A stretch of DNA of 63,385 nucleotides, filler included, from Licmophora abbreviata (lineage: Eukaryota), in NCBI GenBank assembly GCA_900291995.1. It is 7 parts of 7 records of this genome, joined end to end, with 100 filler letters (N's around TTAATTAATTAA, not from the genome) between each part and the next. Parts side by side here need not be neighbours in the genome. Positions count along the whole stretch, not along the records: positions 20,264 to 39,343 come from OLMU01002983.1; 6 more parts are not named here. One strand, given 5' to 3'. The notes under the pieces were generated by a model. That model made no database searches. It was not told the DNA's origin and saw nothing but the letters and a program-made list of their open reading frames with translations. Positions 21,685 to 33,600 of this stretch are shown piece by piece. The translations under genes and the position numbers were made by a program. The stretch's first letter is position 1. Every line of letters begins with the position of its first letter.

Positions 21685-24600
21685 ATGACATCGTGGGTGA
21701 GTCCTTCCAAGGCGGTGACGGATCTGCTGTCGCATTTCCTGAAATTTGATCAAGAACAACTCAAGCTTGGAATTTGGTCCGGAGATCTTTCCATCAGCGA
21801 CGTAAATCTTAGAGAGGAAGCCTTCTACCCGCTTTTGAACCCGCCTATACAATCTCATGAATATGAGCGCGGTCCATTGCGACTCAAGCTTGTCGAAGGG
21901 ACAATTGGGCACATGCGATTCAAGATACCGTGGAAGAGATTAGTTTGGGGTCAAGGAGATGTAGGTCTCCAGGTTTCGGACGTGAACGTCGTTCTGGCAT
22001 ACGAATCTCGCCAGGAAACTGAAGCTAGAGAAAAGAAATTACAACCACATGATTCAGGAGCCACCCTCGAAGCGGCAGAAAAAGGCACGAATGAGTCTGC
22101 AGTCGCCATGGCGCGGGAGGTCAAGCAGAAATGGCTGCGCGAAGCCGAGCGGTGTCAGCTGCAAGGGCTTCCACTACCGCCGAAGCCAGTCGATGAGGTT
22201 TCAACTGAAGAAGCTGCAAAAGGTGAGAATGAAAGTAGTGGGACAACTTCTGAGGGCCGATTGGAGAAAATGATAAACGCCGCGACCTCTTCCTTTCTAT
22301 GGCGATTCTTTGCCGGGCTGAAGGCGACGATACGAAATGTCCGCGTCGTCGTTGTTCAGGATGGAATAGAGCTCGGTGTCATCACACATTCGCTTGAGCT
22401 TGTACCCAAGTCAGACGAAAAACTAGAAAAAGGGGAGCGAAGAAATGGAGCTGAACCCTCTTTCCGATGATGGTTCAGGCGCGCTGAGCGACTATTCTGC
22501 GATGCCGCCCCCGCCTGGCCAGTTTCCGCGGGGCGAGTATGACGACGCCGAACGAGTTGACAAAACTTTGACTGTCAGTGGAATGGGAATATTTGTACGT
22601 CGCGAAGCATCTGTGCCTCCGGAATTGCCAGCCCTTCGCTTTTCGAGCTCGGTCACAGCCGATGACTTTCTGCTCCGACCGACGGAATTCAGCGTTGCCT
22701 TCTCTCTTTTTTTCCCGTACCCGTCAAAGAAAAGAAGGAGGAGCATTATTTCCGAAATAAAAGGTGGAAGTGGTGCTACTGGCGAGTCTATTGCAGTGAG
22801 TACAACGACGACGAGCTCCAACATGCGACGAAACAAGCGCGACAAGACCGAACCTCCCTGGAACGAAAATATGACCGCTGTGACGCTCGATACCTCAGAA
22901 GCGATTCCCGGTGCAACTCCAAAGCGCCCACAGAGAGCGACGCGCGTATCAAGTGTTAGGAGTAATCGATCTCGCCATGCTAGTGAACAAGATCGGGTGC
23001 GAGTGGACACGGATTTCCTCGTCTCACCTGTCCCAGCTCATCGTCGGGTGTCGACGCGGCTGTCCGATGTTCTTCCACTTCTCGACGAATTGATTGTGCA
23101 GTCTGTCTCCGAGGATCAAATATCAGAGCAATTGTCCCCGTACATTGGTTTCCAGTTGACACTTGGCGATCTCAAAATGGTGTGCTCGTCCTTTCACTAT
23201 GCTCTGTGCCATGAATTCGCAGCCTCGATTGCTCGGACAAGAAATGGGCGCCCGAAGAAGACGATCGAGTCTTGCCTCGGCGAGAATGTCGGTATCACGA
23301 GAAGATCGCTCGTCGTGGAAGCTCCACTTTCAATGGTTGAGCAGCAGGACATTCCTAGACTTCGCCCTCAGATACCACGACCGCATTCAAATATCCCGCG
23401 CTCAGCAACGGTTGGCGGTAGCGGCCAATCTCAAGGGCCAACTGAAACTCCTCGTATGACACTAGAGTTACGGCTACAGCTTCCAAATGCCCAGAGAACG
23501 GAGAGATCAGAAGTAATATGTCAGTGGTGGCAGTATGTGTACTCCGTGGTTGCATACGATATTCGTGCTCGAAAGCGAAATCGAGACTTGTTTGAAGGAG
23601 CCTTTTCCTTTAGCTCAGCACTTCACAAGTTTCGAAGAGAGGAATACGTGAACCTTTACATTGCGACTCATCTCGAGGCGTCATCTGTCTTCAAGATTTC
23701 ATCGCGCCTCAACCAAGAAGTTCTTCTCGAGATCGAGGACGAGCTTCCGGTCCAACAAATTCTCTTGTATAGAGCGATTGCGAGGGCGCTGAGAGTACAG
23801 GGCGTGCGGAAGATGCCAGAAACGCTCGTTGGACTCCACGGGGAGACGCATGTTGACTGGCTTTCGCGTAAAAGAAGGGGGGACAAGGGTTTCCTAGAAC
23901 CAGAAGAACTATCTCAAGACGAGAGAGGGAAGGAGGCTTCGGAGATCGAAGAGCCGGATGAAGGCGAAGCGAGTGGTCTCCGGGATCGCCTCGGTGCGCT
24001 GTCCTACATCCACTGCTCGGCGAACGTTGCAAGACGTCGAAGAAAAATGAGGACGATTGGTGAGCGACACTCTGTGGACCTTGATGAGCCAGAAGCTGTA
24101 GAGCCAGGAGTAGAGAACCATGGGTCAACGCCATTCCGTCGACATGGCGGAGGAGCTGGTCCGTCTCCTTCGAAGACGTCTGGTCATGCGACGCCTTCGA
24201 ATGTTGGTGTGGGGACTAAGAAACGAGCGTCCTTCCTTTTACCGATGAGCGCTTCGAAGACGAAGGCCGAGCAAATGGGGGAGACCCCTGGCGATGGATG
24301 CGCGAGATCAGTTTATACCTTCAAGACCACCAGAAGCAGGGCTTCGAACTTGACCACGAAGACGGGGGTGACAGACTCGCGCATGGTGAATGCAGATGTT
24401 CGAGGCTCTTTGCGGTATTCCGTTTCCGTCTCCATAGGAAGCCTTGACATCCTCATATTTCGAAGACAAACGGAACAGGACACCTTCGATCAGTCCGTAT
24501 CGACGCACTCTGTAGCTTATGGAGGCCAACGTCCAGGATTCGAGCGAGTCCACGCACGCGAATTTAATATCGTGGGGAACTCTGCAAGTTTGAATCTTTC

Positions 24601-27600
24601 TGAAATCTCCAATCTATCAGATGACGAATTGCTATTCAATGACGAAATGGATCTGGTCAGCGTGCCTGATGACGAAAAAGTTGACCACCTCCCCTTTCTG
24701 TCATCCACCGATTTTCTTTTGTTCGGAGTACCTACTGACGTTGTGCTTGAGCTTGTTATCTCGCCGATCTCTTGCCAGATCGGGGGCAAAAGTGGCGCTC
24801 CCTTGTCACTCTCAATGGGAGTCGGACCTATCGCTCTGACTGGGCGGGATCATTGTCACCTGTTCTCTCTTGGGTCCGATGACTCGAGGAGGCCAGCCAA
24901 TCAAAGTTACGAACAGTCTGGGAGACGGAAATCAGTGGCTTCCTCGAAGGCCAGCATTCGTCACGCTGCCGACTTGTCGCTGTCGACGTTCAATGGAAAA
25001 ACTAACGTTCTTTGTGACTTATCGATTCTAAGAGGAAGTGGCGACCTTGGGGCACTGCTCTCCGCCCAGAAGTTTTTTGTCGGCAACGTAGCCACTTACC
25101 CTTCTGTAGCGATCGCCGCCTCACCTCGAGACCAACTAAGAAAGGTCGTTTTGGGATACACAAGTCTGTCCCGAACGTCTGGTATCACGTGGAATACAGC
25201 CGTGCGACTGCATGCTGTTGAGTTCGTTGTTCCAAGCACTGAGGACAGTAGATCAAGCATAGCGGCGTCGGCAGACGTTTCTAGTAAATCTGACGTGCCC
25301 CTCTTGTCACAGAAAATCAGCTTGTCATTGGATACAATCGAATTTTGCAATAATGTTCTGGCTCAGCAACTTTTGGCGGAATCGACAATGCGGGTGGAGC
25401 AAAGACCAAGGGCGGCAAACATCGAGTTCGACCCCGCAGAGACTTTGTTGGGCTCTTGTGACTGGGGAGGTCTAAAGATGCTGAAGCGTGATGTAGTTGA
25501 AAGCTTAAATATGAGCTTCCTTGATTCGACTCGCTCGGTAAGAAAACTCTGCTCAACGAACGGTCGTTGGCTGCAGCGTCTCAACCCTCTTTCTGTCGCG
25601 CTGCAGATATTCACTTTGAGTGGCCTTTCATGCGACGTAAGTGCACCAGACGGTACTGCGAGTTTCAAGATCCTGGACGTTCCCATCGACGTTGAGTGTC
25701 TTCTCGTCCATCAATCCTCGTATCATTTGGGGTCCAATAAACCGAAATACGAGCTGGTTGTGGAAGTCTCCCCGATCCAGATGGTCCTCTCTGACATGCG
25801 ACTTCGTTCGGTTGGAAAGTTGCTGGACGATGCAAGGATATCGGTATCCCTTGACCCTCCCAGGAGCACCCAGCCTGCTGCCGAGCTACCTCTGTCGATT
25901 CTACCGCGCTTGGACGCCCTTTCAGACATGATTGTGTTTACATTGTCAGCTTCCATCTCAGAGGTACAGCTTGCAATCGTAGAAGATTCGGACGATGAGC
26001 TCGACGATGTCCAAGCTGCTGCAAAGCAAGTCATCATGGAGGAATCCCTCACTGACTATTTGTCCCTGCTCTCCTCTTTTGGTGGCGATGGTGACCTTGA
26101 GGGCGGTGCACAAGAGATTGCTGCGGCTCTTTGCGCGGATCGCCTCAGGACAATAGGTTTGCGCAGGCGCGATGCCCTCGACTGTATCGAGGCGATTCGT
26201 CTTGGCTATATTAACTATATCATGCATATGGGCAGCTCAGAGTCGGCTGAAAGCAAATTGCTGGAGCACTTGCTACACAGCGAGTCCCCTACCCCGATGC
26301 AACGCATGAAAGAGAATGATTCGGCTGAAGACGAACCCGACGATTCTGTGTCTGGTTTCAGCCCTGGCGAGTCCTCCAGCAACTCCTCCGACGATGCAGA
26401 TTCTGCTTTGAGAAGAATCATAGATACCACCGTCGCATCCTTTTCGGACGTTCTGATTGAGCCTAGTGATGCAATGCCGACTTTCACGAAGAGAATCGTA
26501 GCTCACATGGAGGGTGGAGTGCAGTTTACGCTAGTCAGGGCGTTCTATGACTTTCACATCGAATCTCAGATCGATCAGATAGAAGTCCGAAACGGAGCTG
26601 GGCTCAAGATGCTCAGAGTGGGCAACAATTTGACGCTGCTTGGAGGTGTGAGGTCATGTCAGTCACCAGCTGATGTGCATCAAGACAAGATAGGACTGCC
26701 CTCATTGTCAGACGGCACTTGTAGCGTCAGCCAACCTCTGAGTCCGGCGATCTCGTTCTGTATAACCGAGCTGGATAAGCATCACGATTTTGCTCGGGGA
26801 GGCGAGCCGTTGTCCATTCTTTCGAATGACGTCGACGAAGATGTCACACGTGATCGAGAGAGGTTACTTGATCTGACATCAGGTGATGCCGAGCTCATTT
26901 TTTCCCAAAGAATCTTTCGTGACGCATCAGAAGTCATTGCGAAACTGGCAAACTCCATTTCCGCGTCGTGGAACGCTGGACAGATCTCTAACACTAAGGA
27001 GCCCTCGTCTGCGAGACTGCTGAATGTCTCGTCGTCTTTCATGGCGACCACGCTGGGCGTATCTGTTATCCTCATGTCCGACGACCTGATTCCGTTTTGT
27101 CAAGTACTAATGGAAGACGTGTCGCTTGGTGATACCCAATCGCTAATGGCTGCGCCACGTCGCACTTTGTTGGCGAAGTCCTTCAAGTTGATAGATCATA
27201 CTCCCGAGGGTCGGCTCTACCCACAGGTGATTACCCCCCTTGGGCAAGAGGGGTTGCACTTGAAAGTCGAGTATATCAAGAGCCCGAACTCTTCGAAACA
27301 TAGTAGCGAAGTCATCGCTGAGCTGTCGGGTGCCAGAATAGTCTTTGTCAAAAGGTTTGTGAATGAGCTGACGCAGTACTTGGCATCCGATGACTATGGC
27401 GTTGGACTTCTCTTACGTACAAGGCGGGACGATGATATGCCCCAAGCTGTGGACATGAACAATAATCCCATGCCTCCACTTCGACATCGTTTCATTGTGC
27501 GAGACACGTCTGTCATACTTCCCCGAGGCAGCTCAAGCGTTGACATGGTCGCTGCAGAAATCAGTCGGCTTTCGATTTCGAAAGGATACTGTTCGAGCAC

Positions 27601-30600
27601 TTTTGAGATGCCGACGGCTACCTCTTCATTGTCTGTCAGCCCCGACTTCGGATCTACAGTCGAATCAGACGCAGTTGGTCAGGAGTCCGGAAGCTCAGTC
27701 AAGGACACTGAATTTTTCGACTGCGTAGAGCTACCCTCCAGCTCCCAACTTCCAAGTTTCGATAGAACCCTAATACCACAGCTCCGGGTTTTGATTCATT
27801 CGATGCGCTTGTTCTCCTCGCTTGATCCAACGAGTGGATCGCCGAAAGTCCGTAGAGAACCGAATCTCTTCGACCTGAACATTGACAGGCGTGCACGAGA
27901 TGGAAAGCTCGTTTACGCGATCCCATCAAGTGCTCCCGATGGCGACGGCAATGTCCCGGCTTCAGAAAGAGCGGACGACGATGAAGACAAAGCTGCCGTG
28001 TTGCGGCGACGATGGGCCGAGATCGGTGACAAAGCCATGTCGCTGTTGGTTGTCGTTGAGAATGCCCCGCACATGAGGGTTCTCGTTACTGACCAGGTTG
28101 AAAATAATGGGGATAGGGCAAGTGAGTCAACGATCGATCTTGAAATGCGGATGTCGCAATATTGCCTTCTTCTCTCCGTCTACTATTCGAATATGCAAGA
28201 GCTTCCTACCATATTTCCGTACCATCCGTCGACGATAAGTGCAGGGGCAACAATGCCATCGCTCCCATCTGATTTTCCAGAATTCGGAACCCCCGCTTAC
28301 GTGTCTTGGCTGAAGAACAACATGGCTGGCATGAAGTCGGAAATGGCTTGTGTATTTAACAGAGTCTCAATCCGCTGCTTGTTTGATGATCCGGGCTACT
28401 TCGACCAGGACATGCCCAGCGCGTGGAGCTCCGACCCTTCTGCATGCCACAAAATAGGGATGCAAATTTCTTCGGAAAACTTTGTGATCCACGTTCTCAA
28501 AGATCATCACGGCACCTTACGTATCGGGAGTGGGGCCTCTTATTTCGCTGTAGCAGATGAAAGGCAAGATCCGGGCTTGCAGATTGCTTTCTCAGCTTCT
28601 CAGCGAGCAAATGCGTCCTACGGCGCATTTGCCGATCTGTCGTGGGGACTTGACTGTGACGTGGACACATTGAAGCAACAGTTCTCATTGCCGTTTCAGA
28701 CATCTATTTTTATGACCCCAGGGTGGATCTTGGCGAACATCGGTTTCGATGCGGCGGATGCGACGTTGAAGGATCCGTCTTTTGTTTCCGTGCTTTCGTT
28801 CTTCTTTGGTAGCTACTTTGGCAGTGCGGTCTACGGATATCCACTTTTTGAAGCTAAGACACTTGCTGATGTTCTGAAGACGAACTTAAGAGTCAATCTC
28901 AAAGAGACTAGAACCTCAATGGAAGGAGAAGAGTCTGTGAACATGGATTTACGTTTGTGGATTCTTCGACCGGCATTGTGCATTCCCGCTGAAAGCACTA
29001 GCAAGCCATGTGTGCATCTGACCTGCAGAACTGGCTTCTGGTACCGTTACAGATCAATTGGGCAGTTCTCCTCTCAAGAAGCGTGCTCGACCGATCTGAC
29101 GTTACAGTGCGCCACGCGATATCATCCTGTTATTCGAGACTGCACGCGTGAAGATGGCCACCCGACTGCTCATGGGAGGAAAACTGTTATCGATGGCTTG
29201 TCTTTCGGTCTTCGGATCGACTCAAACTCAACCAGCCCGCACACTGATTTTGTTCTTCGCATACCATTTCTGGACGGGCCATCATACCTCTCGGAGTCAT
29301 TTTGTAGTGTTTCAGCTCCAGAATTTGAAATGAAGCCGCTTGTGCTGAAGCCTCCGACCGTATGCACCCCTTTGCGGACACCTAAACGGAATGCGCTCGG
29401 GCCGTCGGTCTGCGAAGTGACTCTCCTGGTGGAGCTTTTCCCCCTGTTATCTTCTCTGTTGATTGGATTCGTTTCATCCGACACCGATAAAACAAGCGTT
29501 GCAGGTTATGAAACGGCTGCTGATTCCGATGATGGTGACTCAACCCTCCTAGCAAGGTCATTCTCGGTCGTTGCTCATGTTGGAAGTCTGAGAGTGTTCG
29601 CAATAGATCCTGTTTTAGGATCTCATCTCCCGATTTCTGTCTTTTCGCTGTCGGCCATTGACTTTATGGCTTCACAGCTTGGGCATTCGGATCGAGGTCT
29701 GGGCTTGCGCGTCGATGATTCACCCCCAGAAGATCTTCAGGTAGTAGTCGACGCTCTACTTTGGGCAGATTATTTTAAGCTTGGAGCCACACGAAGCTGG
29801 GAACCCTTGCTCGAGCCATTCTGCTGTCGGATCATGCACGAGAAATCGATTCGTAGAGGTCAGGGTTTCACAATGAACACCGACAGCGACTTCCATTTAA
29901 ATGTCACCGGAGCGCTTGTGCTTATCTTCGAAGAGGCAGTGACGTCGTTTTCTAGGTCTGTTTCCGAGACGTTTGGGACGAAACCTTCCAAACGCGCTTC
30001 TGAGGAAAAGGGACAGCCGACTGATGTCTCTCGATTGATATCCAAAGGAGTCGAAGAGCGATGTCGCAGCTTGTTTGGAGAAGACAGGATCGTGACGCAC
30101 CAGCTTCCAAAGCGGAGGGCAAGTGAGGAGCGCGTTGCATTCACTTTCCGGAACCTCACAGGTCAGCGAGTACGTCTTCATCAATTCTCAACGACGTCTG
30201 AAGTATCGAATGGGTTACGAGCTACTGTCATGTATTTGGATCATTTGGAGTCGACATCCCTCTCGTTCGATGCCACAATCTCTGCTGTCCGAAATCTTGA
30301 GATGGTCGAAGTCCCATATCCCGGTCTCCCGAATAGCAAGGGGGGGACAGACCATGTTGATGTGACAAGACACTCAATTGATCTTCAGATCCCTGGCTTT
30401 AAGTGGCTTCAAGGCATATCCGTCGATACTTCGGGAAGAAAGTTCGACCATCTTGTACCACGAAGCAGTAGAGTGCTGGAGAAAGCTGCCAAAGACTGGC
30501 GTTTAGAAAATGCATTGAGAGTTCTCACGGAAATTGGATTGGAAAACGGTGGTCGTCTTATTACCGCCAGGAGCTTGTTTGAGATTAGGAATAGGACTTC

Positions 30601-33600
30601 ACATCAGATTGAGCTGGTTTTCCATCCGGACCCTAGACACAAACCAATCATGAGCAACCCGGACATGTATGACGGATCTACCGTGGATAAAATCAAAGTC
30701 GTCACCCGTCAGCTCGAGACGAACGGGACACTTCAGATTCCGACGTTACTCCTGGAGTCGTCGCTACGCCTCGATGGGAACCACCTCGGGAGCTTTTGGA
30801 TTCGTCCGGAGAGATCGGAAGACAATGTAGACCTTTCGGAAGCGCTCGCTCAGCGGGAAGACGTGGAGGGATCAATGGACTCTCCGACTGTAGAATTCTG
30901 CTCCCGTCCATTGCAGCTGGCCAAAATTGTACATGAGTCGGCTATCCTATTCGACGGCAACGGCTGCGAAGACCTGGCGACAGATAAAGCAAGAAGTGGG
31001 ATCCAGGTATCATGCCCTCTATCGGACAACGAGGGTGCGGCATCGATTGCCCCATTCTGCTATGTAGTGGAAATCCGACGCAGCCCTGTTGTTCGTCAAG
31101 TCTCACAGGAGTCGAAGGTACTGTCTGCATTTGTTGACCCGCAGAACTCCGAGCGGAAAGTTCGCGAAATCCGTTCACATGAGCAACAAAAGGTCCATGG
31201 ACCAGTATCCTACTCTCTTTTTATCCACCCTCCGCTTATCGTCGAAAACCTTCTTCCAAAAAGTGGTCGTTTCGAATTGATGCACGCGGCTCGACGCAAC
31301 GTGCTTTGGTTTGCGGATTTGAAGCCAGGAGAAAGGGTTCCCGTGCATAACGTCGGCCTCGACGCTCCTTTGCTCCTTCTCGTGAATCTCGGATTTTGTA
31401 GAACGCCTGTTGGAGAAGGTGCATTGGTTCATCATGGATCAGATGCAGGTGTTTTGAAGGGTGAGTTTTACCTTTTCCCCGAACATATGTTTTTCCACTG
31501 TGTTGCGATCTTACCGTCTGCGTGTTACTTTACCCAGCGACAAGCTCCACGGCACAGGTCGGTTTCAAGTCTATTGGAAAGGCGGTCACAAAGGGAACTA
31601 AACAGATTGGTAAAACGTTTACTCAAATAACTGAATCTCCAGATCGCAGAGCAATGGGCAGGCTTGCAAACGTTCAGGGGCGCCCGATTCAGAGCGGGAA
31701 TAAGCACGCTCGTAAAGAGGCAAAAAATGATTCGGAATATGTTCCACTGGGATTGGATAGCGGTATGTCACTATGACTTTCCTCGGGTCCCGTGGTCGTC
31801 GACCAGTTTCTCATTGGCTTGTTCCGCGTCGTCACTTTTTTCAGGAGAAGCGAGCTCGGAGGGTCGGGTACACGCGATGGAATACCAGGCATTTTCGCCT
31901 AACGATTGTGTATCTGAGATGACCGTGGTGGACGGCGTTGGGCAGAAGCTGTCATTGAAAATTGAAAATTTGAGGGGCGGTGGAGGCCAGCGGCACATTA
32001 CATTATATTGCCCCTTTTGGATCGTCAACACGACTGAACACGCATTGAGTTACAAACAGGAAAAGAGCTTCGCACAGGTTTCCGGTACCGTAGTCAACCC
32101 AGAGATGGATGGATCTGGCCCAGTGGATGGTAGCAATCGAAACTACGCGAGCCGACCCAGGCGCCTCGCGCCGAGACGGCGTATCCTAAAAAGCAAGAAG
32201 CGCCTCGAGACCCTACCTGCTACCTGGAGACGGAACGGCGTATTTGCTGGTACTCCTGGTGCACTGGCTACGTCGCCTGGGAAATGCAATCTTTCTCCAG
32301 CCGCGTTGGCTACTTGGATAGACAAGGACCTACCTATGGACAAGCTTGTATCGACTGCTTTATGTTCAATTACCACGAGGAAGCACTGTCTATTGGGGAG
32401 CAGCGACTCTGTGTCCAGCTTGCGGACGGAACTTGCCAATCGTCGTACACCTCAGATTGGTCCAAGGGCTTCAGCATAGACTCCGTGGGCGTGAATCAGA
32501 TTGCGAGGTAGGCGCACAATGAGTTGTTGCTTTGATTGCCGCATATTTTTGCTCACCAACGTATGATTTTCCTTTACGATACTGTAGCATGCACTGCAGA
32601 GATGGCCGTGCTTTGGAGGTCTCGGTCACAATTAGTGTCGCGCCTGGATTTTTATCGGCGTACACCAAGATCGTTCGTTTCAGTCCCAGATTCGTGTTGG
32701 TGAACAATATTGATCAGCCAATCCGAGTATGGCAGGACAGTTCTTTGCTACATCCAACGTACAAATTCGGAACTTCCGCTACACTTGAAAGACGGGAACA
32801 GACAAAGTGGCGTTTCCGACCTGAGAACGCCCGCATTAGACCGCCGGTCGTCAACCAGTATGAGAGTCTCTTCGGTCGCCAGACATTTATTGATGAGTCG
32901 AGTATTGATGGGTTTCAGCGTGGAACAACTGCACATCCCTTGGCTTTGTACATAGCAACCGTTCGGAAATCAGAGTTGCATCCATTCCACCTCCCAGACT
33001 CACGAGGCGAACGCGAGCTTCGGATCGACCTCGGTGGGAACTGGAATCTTACCTCAAGTTTTAGTTCTGATGCTACCGGGGAACACACGTTTCATGTGAC
33101 CCGTTCGCTGGATCTGAGGGAGTTCAAACACGTCACGACTCGCGCTTCGCCACAGTACACGATATCTCTGCCCCCACCAGCCGACGAAGGCACAAACCAG
33201 TGGACCGGCGAACTTGGTGTTTGGTTTGAAACAGATTGGGGTGGCGAAAGAAGAATCATCGTCAAAGGCACGAAACGGGGTGCATATGCCTTCAACCACA
33301 CCGATATTCATGTAGGCGATGAGCTTCTGAGGATTGACGACACGCCCGTGTCTCAGATGACTTTTCAAGAAGCTATGAAGCTTCTTCGAGATAAGCTGAC
33401 GTATTTTTCTCTAAGAAGGAGCCAGCCGGGCACCCGGCGACAGCGAGGCTCAATTATCCAGAGATTACAAAGGCGCTCCTCGAATGCGCCCCCCCCAGAT
33501 CTAAGCCGCTTGACAGGGTCATTGGACGGCGATGTGAACACAACCGTTGATCTGACGTTCCGTACACAGGAAGAACGTCTGCGACGTGTCAGGGCCAAGG

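Noticed and set aside
21070..21912. 280-aa minus-strand ORF overlapping the S28 end and the VPS13 start
   Set aside because: Antisense to two real genes, no recognisable motif; probably a shadow ORF.
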